Below, piece by piece: positions 12,862 to 23,700 of a stretch of DNA of 64,000 nt. A program made the position numbers and the translations under genes. The notes under the pieces were generated by a model. That model searched no databases. It saw only the letters and a list, made by a program, of their open reading frames with translations, and was not told the DNA's origin. This DNA is from Klebsormidium nitens (lineage: Eukaryota > Plantae > Klebsormidiophyceae). Where the stretch lies: contig DF237400.1 of assembly GCA_000708835.1 (NCBI GenBank), positions 11,934 to 75,933 on the forward strand, written 5' to 3'. Numbering within the stretch: position 1 is the first letter of the stretch; each line of letters begins with the position of its first letter.

Positions 12862-15800
12862 TCAGGCCTGCCTTTCGGAAGGATTCGAAGCCTCGCATGC
12901 TGCCAGGTGCTGTTCAGCGGCCGCCGTGTCTCTTCGCAGGAGCCTCTCGTACTCTCGATGGCTGTGCGGGATCTCAGAGGCATCATCCGTGATCTCGCGG
13001 AAGTCTTTCCACGCCTCCTCCTGCAAGTTCCACAAGGGACGCGTGTCAGAACCGTAGCTTTTATTCAACGCAACAAATTTAGTGTACGGATGGAACGGTT
13101 CGTCGTTTCAATTCGTTGCAGTGCCTTAGCTCTTTCTTTTGTTGTCCGGGTGTGACCGTAGGATTGGGCCTTATCGTGTTCGTACCCCTGAAACGGTTGG
13201 ACCCTTGAGTAGAGACACTGCACTGAGACTGCGACCAGAAGACAAGAATTTGCACAGATTCTTTATAGCGGGTCGACAGCACAATCAGAACGTGCACGTA
13301 TCACTAACTGAACCCTCCCCTTCAGACTTGACCCATTTTGAAAGGGTCGAAGCAGGCGCCGCCTGCACGCGGCAAGCCATAACGGCGACTCTTCCAGTCT
13401 AGCGTGTCCTGGCAAGTCGCTCGAACAAAACCGCTTGCATCTCTTTGTCGACCACAGGCTAGCCCAATGAGTCCACGTCTGACGTCACCCCAGAAGCGAC
13501 AGTCATACAATCTCCTCCAACAAACGCTTCTCTGCTGACTTCCTTTTGCTGCTAAATTGAGCTACTCTTCCGTAAAGGGAGCGCTCACCCAGACTCTGCG
13601 CAGGCTGCGCAATGGCAGCACTTCCATGCGGGCAAGGAGGAGGGCGGCGTGCACGTACGTCCGAAAGAACAACACCTGAGCACGCAGCCACGAGTGACGT
13701 TAGCATGGGCATTTTGGATGCTACGAGTGACGCCAGCTCATCACAAAGGCTGTACGTTGTTTGGGACTGGACCACGACTTGTGGAGAAACGTGCGGAGCA
13801 GTACATTGAAGTGAAGAGCGCGGTGAAGGACGTGCACTTTGTGAGATTCTTCAGAGTTGCGTGCTTCCGTCTTTAGGCAAAGTGTCAGCGAAATCTGGGA
13901 GGCGGAGGTACTCGGGTCTGTTTGGAACCAGTACTTTCAAAAGCAATCCCTCCCCTGATTACCCCGTTCTTGCTTATCCAGGTTAGCTCCGCTTCCATCC
14001 AAGTGTTGCCTGCTTTTCTTTGATTCTGGGGTAATGCTTTAGTGGCTGCTGGAGTGCGGCTGTGCCGGCCTTGCTGACGTGCCTTGAACCTCCCGATGTA
14101 CACCGTATTGCGCTTTAAAGGCACGCGCACCGGTTGCCTTGCTGAAGGACTCCAAGCCACACGTCGTCGCAGCAAAGCTGGACGGATGAGCGGCGTGGCC
14201 GCACCTTGTCTCGTTCCCACCGCTTTTGGCGCTCCTTCAGCGGCAAATCCGCGTAGTTCGAGTACGTATACTCCGATGCCTGCACGCGGTGCAGGAGCAC
14301 GCACACCATCGTGGGGCCGCCGCGCGCGTCACCTGACGCGGCCGCCTCGGCGCTCGCGCGCACCAGGCGCTCGCCCACCGAGAGGTCGCCCTGCAGCAAA
14401 AACGAGTGGTCGAAGGGGTTCGGAAATCACGAAGTGCGGCAACAGCATGGGCCTGGATTGAGCAGCCTGTGAGGCGAATAGATAGATAAAAAACCGCCAG
14501 AAAGTTCATCAAAGACTTGATCAGCGGACAGGCTTTGAAAGACAAGACCTGTTACCTGTCCTACGCTCGAGCGAGGACCTTTTCTTGTGGTTTTCACGCA
14601 CTAGTGAGAAGGACCCGGTGGAAATGGCAACTTTCGAGGGGCTCAGTCGGGGCTGTGTCACCTGTCCGTTGTCGCCGATGAGCAGGAAGCGGTACTCGGG
14701 GTACAGCGCGGCATACTCCAGGAAGCGCTGGTGCTTGAAGTCCGCAACAGGCCCCCAAGCGCGAATCAGCGCCGCGCGATTTCCGCGAGCAGCGATGCCA
14801 CGTGACAGGGCCTGGAACCCGGCGGACAGGGACCTGGGGAACGCGGGAAAGGGGAGGAGTCGGGTTGAAAGAAAACGATGTATCAACGGTTGGTTGGTTC
14901 GAAGATATAGAGCAATCATTGTGGTGAAGATGGATGCATCTGAGATGGGAGCTTTCGTCTGCGAAATTACTTTTGCAGAGTAGAGTCCTTGGGGATGCAG
15001 CAAGTAGACCGCACTGATAATCGAAATTGGACTGTCAGTCATTCAAGAACCTACGCTTGGATTGCTCTGTCAGATCTCCTCTTGTTTCGTCTCGCCAAAT
15101 TGGAAAGAAGCATATCATACTGAGTAATGTGTCTTCACCCGAATCTTTCAGCCCAGCTCATGGGTCGATCGGCCGGCAGAGATGCCCGTGCCCCACGCCT
15201 GCGCCCAAGGTTTATGATGGTTCTGGCCCCGCAGAATCCTCCGGCTGCGCCTACGCGACTTAGGAGCTCCTTTGTACTTCCTTTTTTTTTGTTTACCAAA
15301 GCGTTCTTCCTCAGGGCCAAATCCGTGATCAAAAAAGTTCCCGAGCGCCTTACCCGGGCAGGACGGTGGGCATGACAGCGAAGCGCTTGGTTCGGTACAG
15401 ACCGTGCAGGTACCGGTAGATGGCCGCCTCCACCCAATCGCTGTACGCATGGGGCCGCGCCCACAAAAAGGCCACGCCGGGCAGGCCCGGGGGCGGCTGC
15501 AGCCAGGAATTTGCAACGTTCACCATACGACTGCAGCGCCTGATCGGTCGATTACTATAGCGAAGTCGGATATCCAGAGTGTGCTCTGCCCTTTCATGAT
15601 CGAGCGCTGCGCATCAGCATGAATCAAGCAAGGCGGGGGCGGTGGGAAAAACCGCAGACACGAATCCGCAACTTTGTGTCCACAGACGGATTGTCGAGAA
15701 TTAGAAAAGGCACATTGACGGGCTCAGCTGGCTGGAGATGCCACGTGTCCTCACCTCGTCAGCTAGTGCGGCAGTGCCTCCTTCCGAGCTGCCTGGAACG

Positions 15801-17899
15801 GCCGTTTCGCTGTGGGCGTGGGCCAGCTCCTCCAGAAGGGCGAACACGCCTACGAAGGCAAAAGGTGAACCCGCTATCAAAAAACCATACTGAGGACATA
15901 GTAAGGATATCCGCGAATTTTGTAGCGTCACCTCGACCCCTCCTGAGATCGAAAACCAATGACCCAAAAGGGCGAACAACTCTCCAAAGTCGAAATTGCA
16001 GCACGTGGCCTCACAAGAAGAGGGCAACCCAAGAGCAATCTCATTGACAGCAAGAAGAGAATCCCAATCAGACATGAGAGTCGGCTTTCGGCTCTGCTCA
16101 TCACAATCAGAGGCTACACTTGGTCCTCGTTCTTGTCCCTAGTGCAAGTCACTGCAACACGGTCCGTCTCGTCGCACTGTCCGTAAGCTGCTCGACTCTG
16201 TGTCGGTCATGAAAAGAAGCGGAGAGCAGCAGCAGCGGGCCGACCTGGGTACGGGCAGAATTGTGGGAAACGCGTATCGATGCCGGACAGGTTTTTGGCG
16301 TGGCTGCAGTAGAGCGTGTCGTCCAGGTCGCACACCACCTTCATGCCCAACGCGGCGCCCCCGCCCACGGCAACGGCCGCCTGGCAGCGTGCACCAGAGA
16401 AAGGGTCAGAGGAAATGTGTCCAGCAACGGTTCAACGAAAGTTTCAGTTCGATGTTTCGAGGATCTTGACACAAGGTCCACCCTAGAAGGAGCAGCCCCC
16501 AGCTGCTCCCATAGAATCGGAAGAGACGCAAGCGGCGTTTATGAAAATCAAAAAGGGTATAAAGAAGCTAACAGTCAGCCGCTGAGCATCCGACTGAACA
16601 ATCAAGGGCTCTCAGTCTAGCCCCGCGCCACTCTCGACCTTGTGAATGCATTATTGTAGCTGGCCCATGCCGCTTGCCGGATCGCTCCTCAAGAGTCTGG
16701 GGGCCCACCTGCGCTTCCCGCTGGATGTGCGCGAGTAGGGGCGACCGATCGGGGGACGGCAGGTCAGCGTATATCAGCTTGTGCAGATTGTGCACAGTGC
16801 CCCCCTCGTCCAGCAGCCGCTTCAGCAGCGCCAGGTCCGCCCCGCCAGAGGCCAGCAGCAGGGCGCGCACCAGCGCAGCGTACGGGGCGCGGAAAACCAG
16901 GCCCGAAGACTGGCACGCCGCAATGAGGGCCGCCCTGCACGAATAGTATACACAAGTGTCGACTCGTTTTTGATTCTTCTACAGACCGGCATTCTTTGTG
17001 TCCAGCAGAGAATGGAAAAGCAGGACAGCGGCAGTGTTTCAGTCGACTCCTTCTCAACGCTAAACAGCAGGGAGGGCACTCTAGGCAAAGCTAGATGCAG
17101 TTAGTCAAGTATCGTCACATCAATCAAGATTGGGAAACCCTTACAAATCTGAATGCAACTGCATAAGTTCAGATGGCAGTCCGCTGTCCATTGTGAAGGG
17201 CTCACCTGCTTGGGACGGTGAGGTCGCGCAGCCGCCCGTCGTGGCTACCTAGGGTCTCCAGTGTGGCCGCATTCAGCAGCCCCAGCAGCTCAGCTACCCT
17301 GTCCACACCCCCAGCAAACACGCGGTTCAGCTCCTCTGCATCAGCCTGCCCCACCGCTGACTCTAGCTGTGCTTGGATGTTTGCCAGACTAGTTGTGAAC
17401 GGCAGGGACGTGTACTTGAGAAGGGGGGCTAGCGTGCGCGCCCCCGAGACTATGGTGTAGATCGGGCTGTCTGGTATGTCGTCTTCAAAAGATGATGCTG
17501 TGGGCGGTGGCTGGGCGAACCGCCAGGCAAGGAAGCCGGTGGAGAGGCTAATGCTGGCAATTGCCGCCCACGTCTCCAGCAACCCCTATAGGGACAAGAG
17601 CCTCATCGTCAGTGCGGGTTCGCAGCGAGCATTGAGTTGGTCTAAAGAAGGCCGAAGTGTGCATTTTCGAACAACGCCGAACAATGCAAGTATGCTCAGG
17701 TCCTTCCATGAGGATCTTCCTACAATCGGTCAGATATCTAGTGTAGTTTCCTGAGCGCAACTCACAACAGGCAAACAACTCTGGAAGACTGATCCAGTTG
17801 GCGCCTCACCGGCTCTGTGCCTGCCCATCTGGAGACGCCCAGCCAGCCCAACCCCCCTGTGACAGCGGCTCCGAGAAGCCACCCCCTGCTGACGCCCAT
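12862..17899 (-). CDS. APP1-like (DUF2183) HAD-family phosphatidate-phosphatase-domain protein with hydrophobic N-terminus, 10 exons, about 557 aa
   Basis: Exons 17899-17810, 17585-17206, 16934-16709, 16380-16245, 15849-15755, 15496-15354, 14833-14662, 14390-14205, 13675-13589, 13020-12862, phase-consistent. Motifs KVVCDLDDTLYCS (DxDxT), YPGV, FLWARPH, PTVLPGSL, FxxYAALYPEYRFLLIGDNGQGD, FFRTYVHAA. Enzymatic activity is inferred only. Confidence 0.8.
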
Positions 17900-18025
17900 G
17901 GGGCCAGAGTGATCATGAGCTGCTTTGCGAACTACAGGGTGAGGGCAAAGACTAAAATACTCAAATCTTTACAAAGGTCCTCCCGAGTACGGGGGAATGC
18001 TGGACTAAGCCCATGTGTAGTGAGC

Positions 18026-18621
18026 CTACGGCCCTGCCTTAGCTGCTGTAGCTGAGGTTGGCAGCGGGGCATCGGGGACCCTGTCTCCCGTAGCGCTATT
18101 TCCTGGTGCTGGGCCCAGTGCTGGTGGTTGACCCTCAGCCTCAGATTCCTCAGAGTAGCCAGGGATTGTCTGCAGCAGAGAAAGATGTTTGGCGAAAAAC
18201 TTCAGATCAGAGGCAAGGATTCACAACGTAGAGTGTGGTTGCAAACAGGGGGGTCCTTTACAAGGATGCTGCGCAGGCCCTCAGACCCAGCGCCACAGTA
18301 GCTGTGCGCCGAGTGTGCCGGTCAGCCACCTTTGCTTGTGACAATCAGACACAGGAGTCACAGGGGATGGGCAGACCCACAGACAAGTAATCATTGGATC
18401 ACAAGCACAACATCTCTTCTGCCAGCATTTGAGTCTAAGTGCCAGCGAGGTGCTTCGTTTTAAACTGCAGCAAGCATGGTGGCGTGCGGAGCGGGCACGT
18501 GGCTGTGCATGCACGTGCTGCTCACCAGGTCTGGGCGGTACACGTTGTGCACCACAGCAGCGCCCGCCAGCAAGGAACCCATCGCAACAGCGTAGGACAC
18601 CAAGTACGTCCGCATGGCCAT
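18026..18621 (-). CDS. BRAWNIN/UQCC6 (C12orf73, DUF4516)-like mitochondrial microprotein, 2 exons, about 79 aa
   Basis: Exons 18621-18526 and 18169-18026 give MAMRTYLVSYAVAMGSLLAGAAVVHNVYRPDL|TIPGYSEE...AKAGP*. The spliced junction recreates GAxVVHxxYRPDLTIP, the motif I recall from human BRAWNIN (GAEVVHRYYRPDLTIP). An alternative 3' end via a possible intron 18029-17932 would stop at 17913. Confidence 0.82.
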
Positions 18622-18837
18622 TCTCCAAGGGCAACGGGCGTCATGCGGTAAGCAGCTGTGCAATGCAGGCAGCAGACAGAGCAGCTATGTACCTACCCAA
18701 CGTCACCTTACTATTACGGTAGACACACACACGAAGAGCGCCAGCTGCGCTGAGAGATGCTAGCAACTAGAACGACGGCGCGAGCGCACGGCATCGGAAT
18801 ATCTGAATGTGTAGGACTTGCGAGGCCAGCTGGCAGA

Positions 18838-18851
18838 GTGACACGTGTCAC
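18838..18851. promoter_or_regulatory. Perfect 14-bp palindrome GTGACACGTGTCAC containing a G-box (CACGTG) and ABRE-like ACGTGTC on both strands
   Basis: Read directly; lies about 220 bp upstream of the BRAWNIN-like ATG. Regulatory function is inferred only. Confidence 0.4.
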
Positions 18852-19191
18852 CTTCATGGAAAACGGGTTTGATTAAGCGTGCATATGCCCGGCCAAACTA
18901 TCACGTCATCATCTTGTGTTGAATGTGCTCATGAACCACTGTTTTTCCATAGGCCGTTGGATTGCACATGAGCTTCAAATGCTGATCGAACCGTCGCTGC
19001 TGCTATTGGATGCTTGGCAGCCCTCATGTATGTTACAAGAACCCCAGTAGTCTAATAGGGCGGGGCAACGTTCTGACTCGTTTGGATAATACTGCTCTGT
19101 TTTCCGCTGTACCTACAACAGTCGAAACACCTCAAATCCGAAGTGTTTGTGCGAGCGAAGAATTGTTAAAAAACCGACTTGCGTAACCAGC

Positions 19192-20785
19192 TTACTCTAA
19201 TGTCTCTATGCTTCGTACAGCCAACGCCCCGTCTTCACTTGGTCGTTGATGATCTCTTCTCGCTAAGAACGTCCTTGCTTGGTTGTCTACTTGCCACAAG
19301 CTGCACTGCCAAAGAGCCGCGCCCTTATGGTCCCTCCAGACGGGCTCCTCCCCGAGCTTAGCGGCCGTCGTGCATTCGTTTTGGACACACCGGACGATGC
19401 TCCGGTCCGGCTCGTAGTAATCAGGAACCGCAACACAGCCAAGCGCCACATAACCGGAGGGAGGTCGAGGCCGCCAGATGGTGACCGGTTCTCGGGCTCC
19501 GCTGTCCGTGTCGCGCCAGATCTATCAAATGAGCGTAGAACCACGTTATAAGATGTTGGGTCGCCCACACAAAATTTACGACAGTAATGTCGTTACTCGC
19601 TCTGAAGGGAATGTTTACGAGTCCGATGAGCAGCCTTGTAAGCCTTCATTGAAGTGGCTATGTGTTTGACTTCGATGAGCTTTCTTAACACGAGCTTGAG
19701 ACAAGTGCCCCAGGAAGACCAAGAAGCAGCCAGTACTGCGAATCAGATACACGAGATCAAGCTATCAACTATCTTGCGTTGAAATAATGGAGCCCGAGCG
19801 CGCAAATAAGCAGCCACCTGGCAAAACCAAGGACATCTCAGTGATAAACATCACAGCTTTATCTCAACTTGAATAGATACTTTGCTCCAGAAAGGAGCAT
19901 TCAACTAGCACGAGGCCTCTCAGAGCATGGCGCCACACGAGGTTATTCATCAGGTCCAGGTTCCCAGTCTGACATGCAACATGCAATCGGAAATGCCTGT
20001 TTTGAAAACCATACAAGGGTTTCGAGATGACGACCTACCAGATCGTATCCGACCGGTTGCGCGAACTGCCCGTTGGAGTCGTCCAGGTAGACCATGGCCA
20101 TCTTGGGGGCGTCGTATCCTCGCTGCACCACGTCGCCCAGAACCACGTACCTGCGCCAAAGCGGAGCGCTTGTGCCTGGCGACGACAGGAGGCAGTGGCA
20201 GAGGCAAACTACGGCCTGCCTCTGTTTGCAGGTTTTGGAATGAGCTAAATAATATCTGATCCCCATACTTGCGCGGCAAGTCAATAGAAGCTGACAACCA
20301 GCCACTGCGAGGCAGACTGGGAAGCAGCCCATTCGCATAAGTTGTGCTGCAGAAAGGCGTACTGGTGTGCCTGCGGCTTACCCGGCAGGCGCAATGGGCC
20401 GCCAGATGGACACAGTGTACCGCTTGCTCCAGGCAGCGCCCTGAAGCAGGAAAGCGGGGCGCGTAAGCAACAAGACAGGCTCCTTCTTCACATCACTGTC
20501 AAGGTTCTTTTTGAGGATTGCGCAGCGCTAAGATTTCTCCCAAGAACATTTGCAGTCGCCGTTTCGAGCTGGCAAGAGCATCTTAAGGCTACCGCGCCCA
20601 AAAAGTTGGCAGCTCACCTTGTCCCACCACATGAGCCGGAACTGGCGTACCAGCTTGCACGCCGGGGGGTCTGCGGCGGGCGCGCCCCCCTCCCCCAGGC
20701 CAGAGCGGCGGGACAGGTCGCCGGAGGCACGCCGCTTGTGCAGAGCCCCAGGGTTACTGCCAGTCCGCCGATGGCCAACCAGAGA
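19192..20785 (-). other. VPS13 C-terminal Vps62-like module beyond the ATG2_C/PH end
   Basis: FRLMWWDK|GAAWSKRYTVSIWRPIAPAG|YVVLGDVV..FAQPVGYDL|IWRDTDSGAREPVTIWRPRPPSGYVALGCVAV, joined by GT-AG introns in frame. Confidence 0.8.
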
Positions 20786-23700
20786 CTGCAAAGGACAAAC
20801 CTTCTGGTCAGGATATTCGGCAAGCGATTGAATACTCATCCGGGGCCTGAGAATGGGTATACACTCAAGATCAGCATCTGGATCGGCAGCACCACTATAC
20901 AGCCAGAAAGCCTGAAAGCTTCCAAAACGACCTCTAAATGCAGAAACAGGAGCACGACCCAGCAATTTTCGCAAGCCTCTGAGCGCGCGTCGCCTTCTGG
21001 TGGCTTCGATTCGCTTCTCACATCAGAGTGCACTGCGAGGCCGTGCTTGTCTTGCTCCTGGGTGGCATCCGCCTGCAGGATGGCCTGCCCGGCGCCCCCC
21101 ACGAGCGCCCCAAAGGTGGCCATGATCGGCACCGCGATGGGCGCCGCGGGGCCCGCCAGCAGCCCCAGGGCAGCCCCCGACACAGCGCCCGTGCTGGTGC
21201 CAGCGTACGGCTTGCGGGCAGTCCGCCGCTGGGAGTTCTGCACAACAACCGGCGCACGTGAGAGCTTAGGTACCCATCATATTCTGCCTTGGAAAAAGGC
21301 AACGTCGCGTTCTTCATTCGCGCCCATCAGCCAGACAAAGGCAAGTCTACAAACTGCTGAAATCGTGTTGCAGGAATCATTATTCGACTTTACTCAAAGA
21401 AGAGCCTTAAACACGACACCGTTCTCTAAGTTGTTTATAAGTCGTTATCTTCCATCAAAGAGAAATCAGTTCCGGCCGTAACTAATTCAAATCTGGTTTC
21501 ACATGAAGAAGCCGCCGCAGCTCCTTTCCCGTCCGCTCACCAGCGCAGCGATGGTCGCCCGGTCCGGCCCGTACATCTCGTACGCTTGCTGTATCGCCTC
21601 CCGGATCTTGGCGGCTTCCGTGGTTCCCGGGTGGCACTTGACCACGCGCGCGATCTCCTTGGTGTCGAATAGGCGCGCGTCGTGGCTCCACGACCGCAGG
21701 TGCAGCACGACGCGCGAGTGCGGCGCGCCGGGGGGGTCGTGCTTGCTGTGGAGCAGCTCCGTGGTCATCAGGTCCTCCCACGCCACGTGCCACGTGATGC
21801 TGCACGCCTCCTTCATCAGATCGGGCCGCTTGCCCGTCAGGGACAGGGGGTGCTGCACGAACGAAAGAGAGGCGCTGATGCTGGATGCCTTGAAAGGAAA
21901 TGGGTCTCACAGAAGCTGGTGTTTCTACAAAAGAAAGCCAGGACCTCTGTACCAACGGTCGTTCTGAGTCTTAGAAGCTGAGATGGACGGAGCTCTGCTC
22001 AAGCAAGCCCTCTGAGCAGCGAACGACTGAGCGAGAGTCAAGAGAACAAGAAATTCTTCATCTCTTATTTCTTCAGGTTACCCCAAAAGGGAATCCGAAA
22101 CGTGCTATCCCAAAAGGGAATCCGAACCGCGCAGTCCTTGCTTTGAGCTCTAAAAAGGACGAAGATGTGGTTACCTGCAGCAGGAGGACCCGGCGGTGCG
22201 AGATGATGAGCGTGCGGTTCTTGGGCAGGTTGAAGTGGTCTTCGTAGGCGTCGCTGGTGGCGAACTTGGCCCGCTCCTTGAAGATGTCGTACTGCCCCAA
22301 ATACGTCCCGCGCTCCGCCAGCTGCATCATCATCTGCACAAGACGGAAAGGCCGCCTCATGATGCGAGCGACAACTCATTGTCAAGTACGTGTTGCAAAT
22401 TGAACAACAATCACAAGTCAGCCACGTCAACGAAGCAACAACCAACGTGCGTGGTCAACACATGCTCAAGGTTGGATTTAAAAGCGCCTCTCGCAGTTCC
22501 TCACCTGTCCTCGCGCCTTGTACTCGTCGTACGGCCGCAGGATGCTGTCGCCGCCAATGGCCCGCGGCAGGCGTGACCTGGCGAGCGCCTGCTCCGAGGT
22601 GATGGCGGCCGAGATCTTGCGCCCCTGCGCGTTGAAGCCATCCGTCGTCTTGGACACCAAGTCCAGCACGCCGCTCATGGGCTGCGCGGCCGCGCCGATC
22701 ACGCCGCGCGCCACGCCTGACGCGAAGCCCTCCAAGCCGCTGGCCTTGAAGCCTTCCACGGGCTTGGTCAGGATGCCCGTCACCCCGCGGAAGAGGCCCT
22801 TGGCAAATGCCTCACCGCCCTCGCGCAGGCCGTCGCCCAGGTCCTCCACCCCGCCCTTGGTCTCCTGGAAACAGGAGCACAGGGGAGATGGCTCAAGGAA
22901 GGAACGACAATCGTAAACAAGGGCAGACGCAGTACGTGCGTTCGATTCAAACGAGCATGCCAGTAAGAAACTGCACTTTGATATCTATTGAAATTGAACG
23001 CTAGATGCACCTCAGAAAGTACGGTCGGCCTTCAGGCCTTGTCTTACATCTTGGTTCCTTGGCTTATAAAAGCATCTTGTAAACATCGGCTGGCAAGTGC
23101 ATGGCAATCAGCACAGATCAGCAAAGGTGCCTCACTCGCAATTATCCTTCATTGTACATGTACCGCTGGCACGCTTCACCTACCTGTCTCTGCCTGCTGC
23201 GGATGAACTTTTTGTCCATGGACAGCGCCGCCGCGCCCTTGCTGAGGGTGCCCACGACGGAGCTGAGGTTCCCCAGGATGTCCAGCCCGGTCAGCAGGTG
23301 GAACGGCTGCCCCAGCAGGTCGTTGCGCGCGCCGCGCATCATGCTCTCCACCAGCTGGCTCTGCCGCATGTGGATGTCCTCGCGCACGCGGCCCTGGAAG
23401 TTGAGCTGCAAAAAAAGAAGGGATATCAGTATGTATGTGTAGCGCAACCTTTAGGATTGCACCCAGTCAGGCCCGACTTTAACTTGGGTCACCGAGGTTT
23501 GGTGGCCCGAAAAATCTGGCGGGCAACCGTCCGAATCGTCCAGACGGACCAGGAAATAAGCCTTGCGTAGAGCAGCGCCGCTTCTCAAGCTTTGCCCCTC
23601 GTGGACCTGAAGCAGTTTGAATGGTAAAAGTTGGACGTGCTAGAGTTAAGTCAGGGTGACAGGCCGTCCAGCTAGCTTGTCGGCAATAACAAAACACCAA

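Noticed and set aside
13322-13410. Extra APP1-like exon (DTLDWKSRRYG...)
   Set aside because: Skipping it gives a clean phase-0 join RRVW|EEAWKDF that fits the family pattern, and its apparent donor is out of phase.
13649-13876. Possible nested antisense exon inside an APP1-like intron
   Set aside because: No recognisable homology and no partner exons; it partly overlaps the real minus-strand exon at 13675-13589.
20342-21481. 379-aa plus-strand ORF
   Set aside because: Antisense to VPS13 exons and introns, no recognisable motif; a GC-rich shadow ORF.
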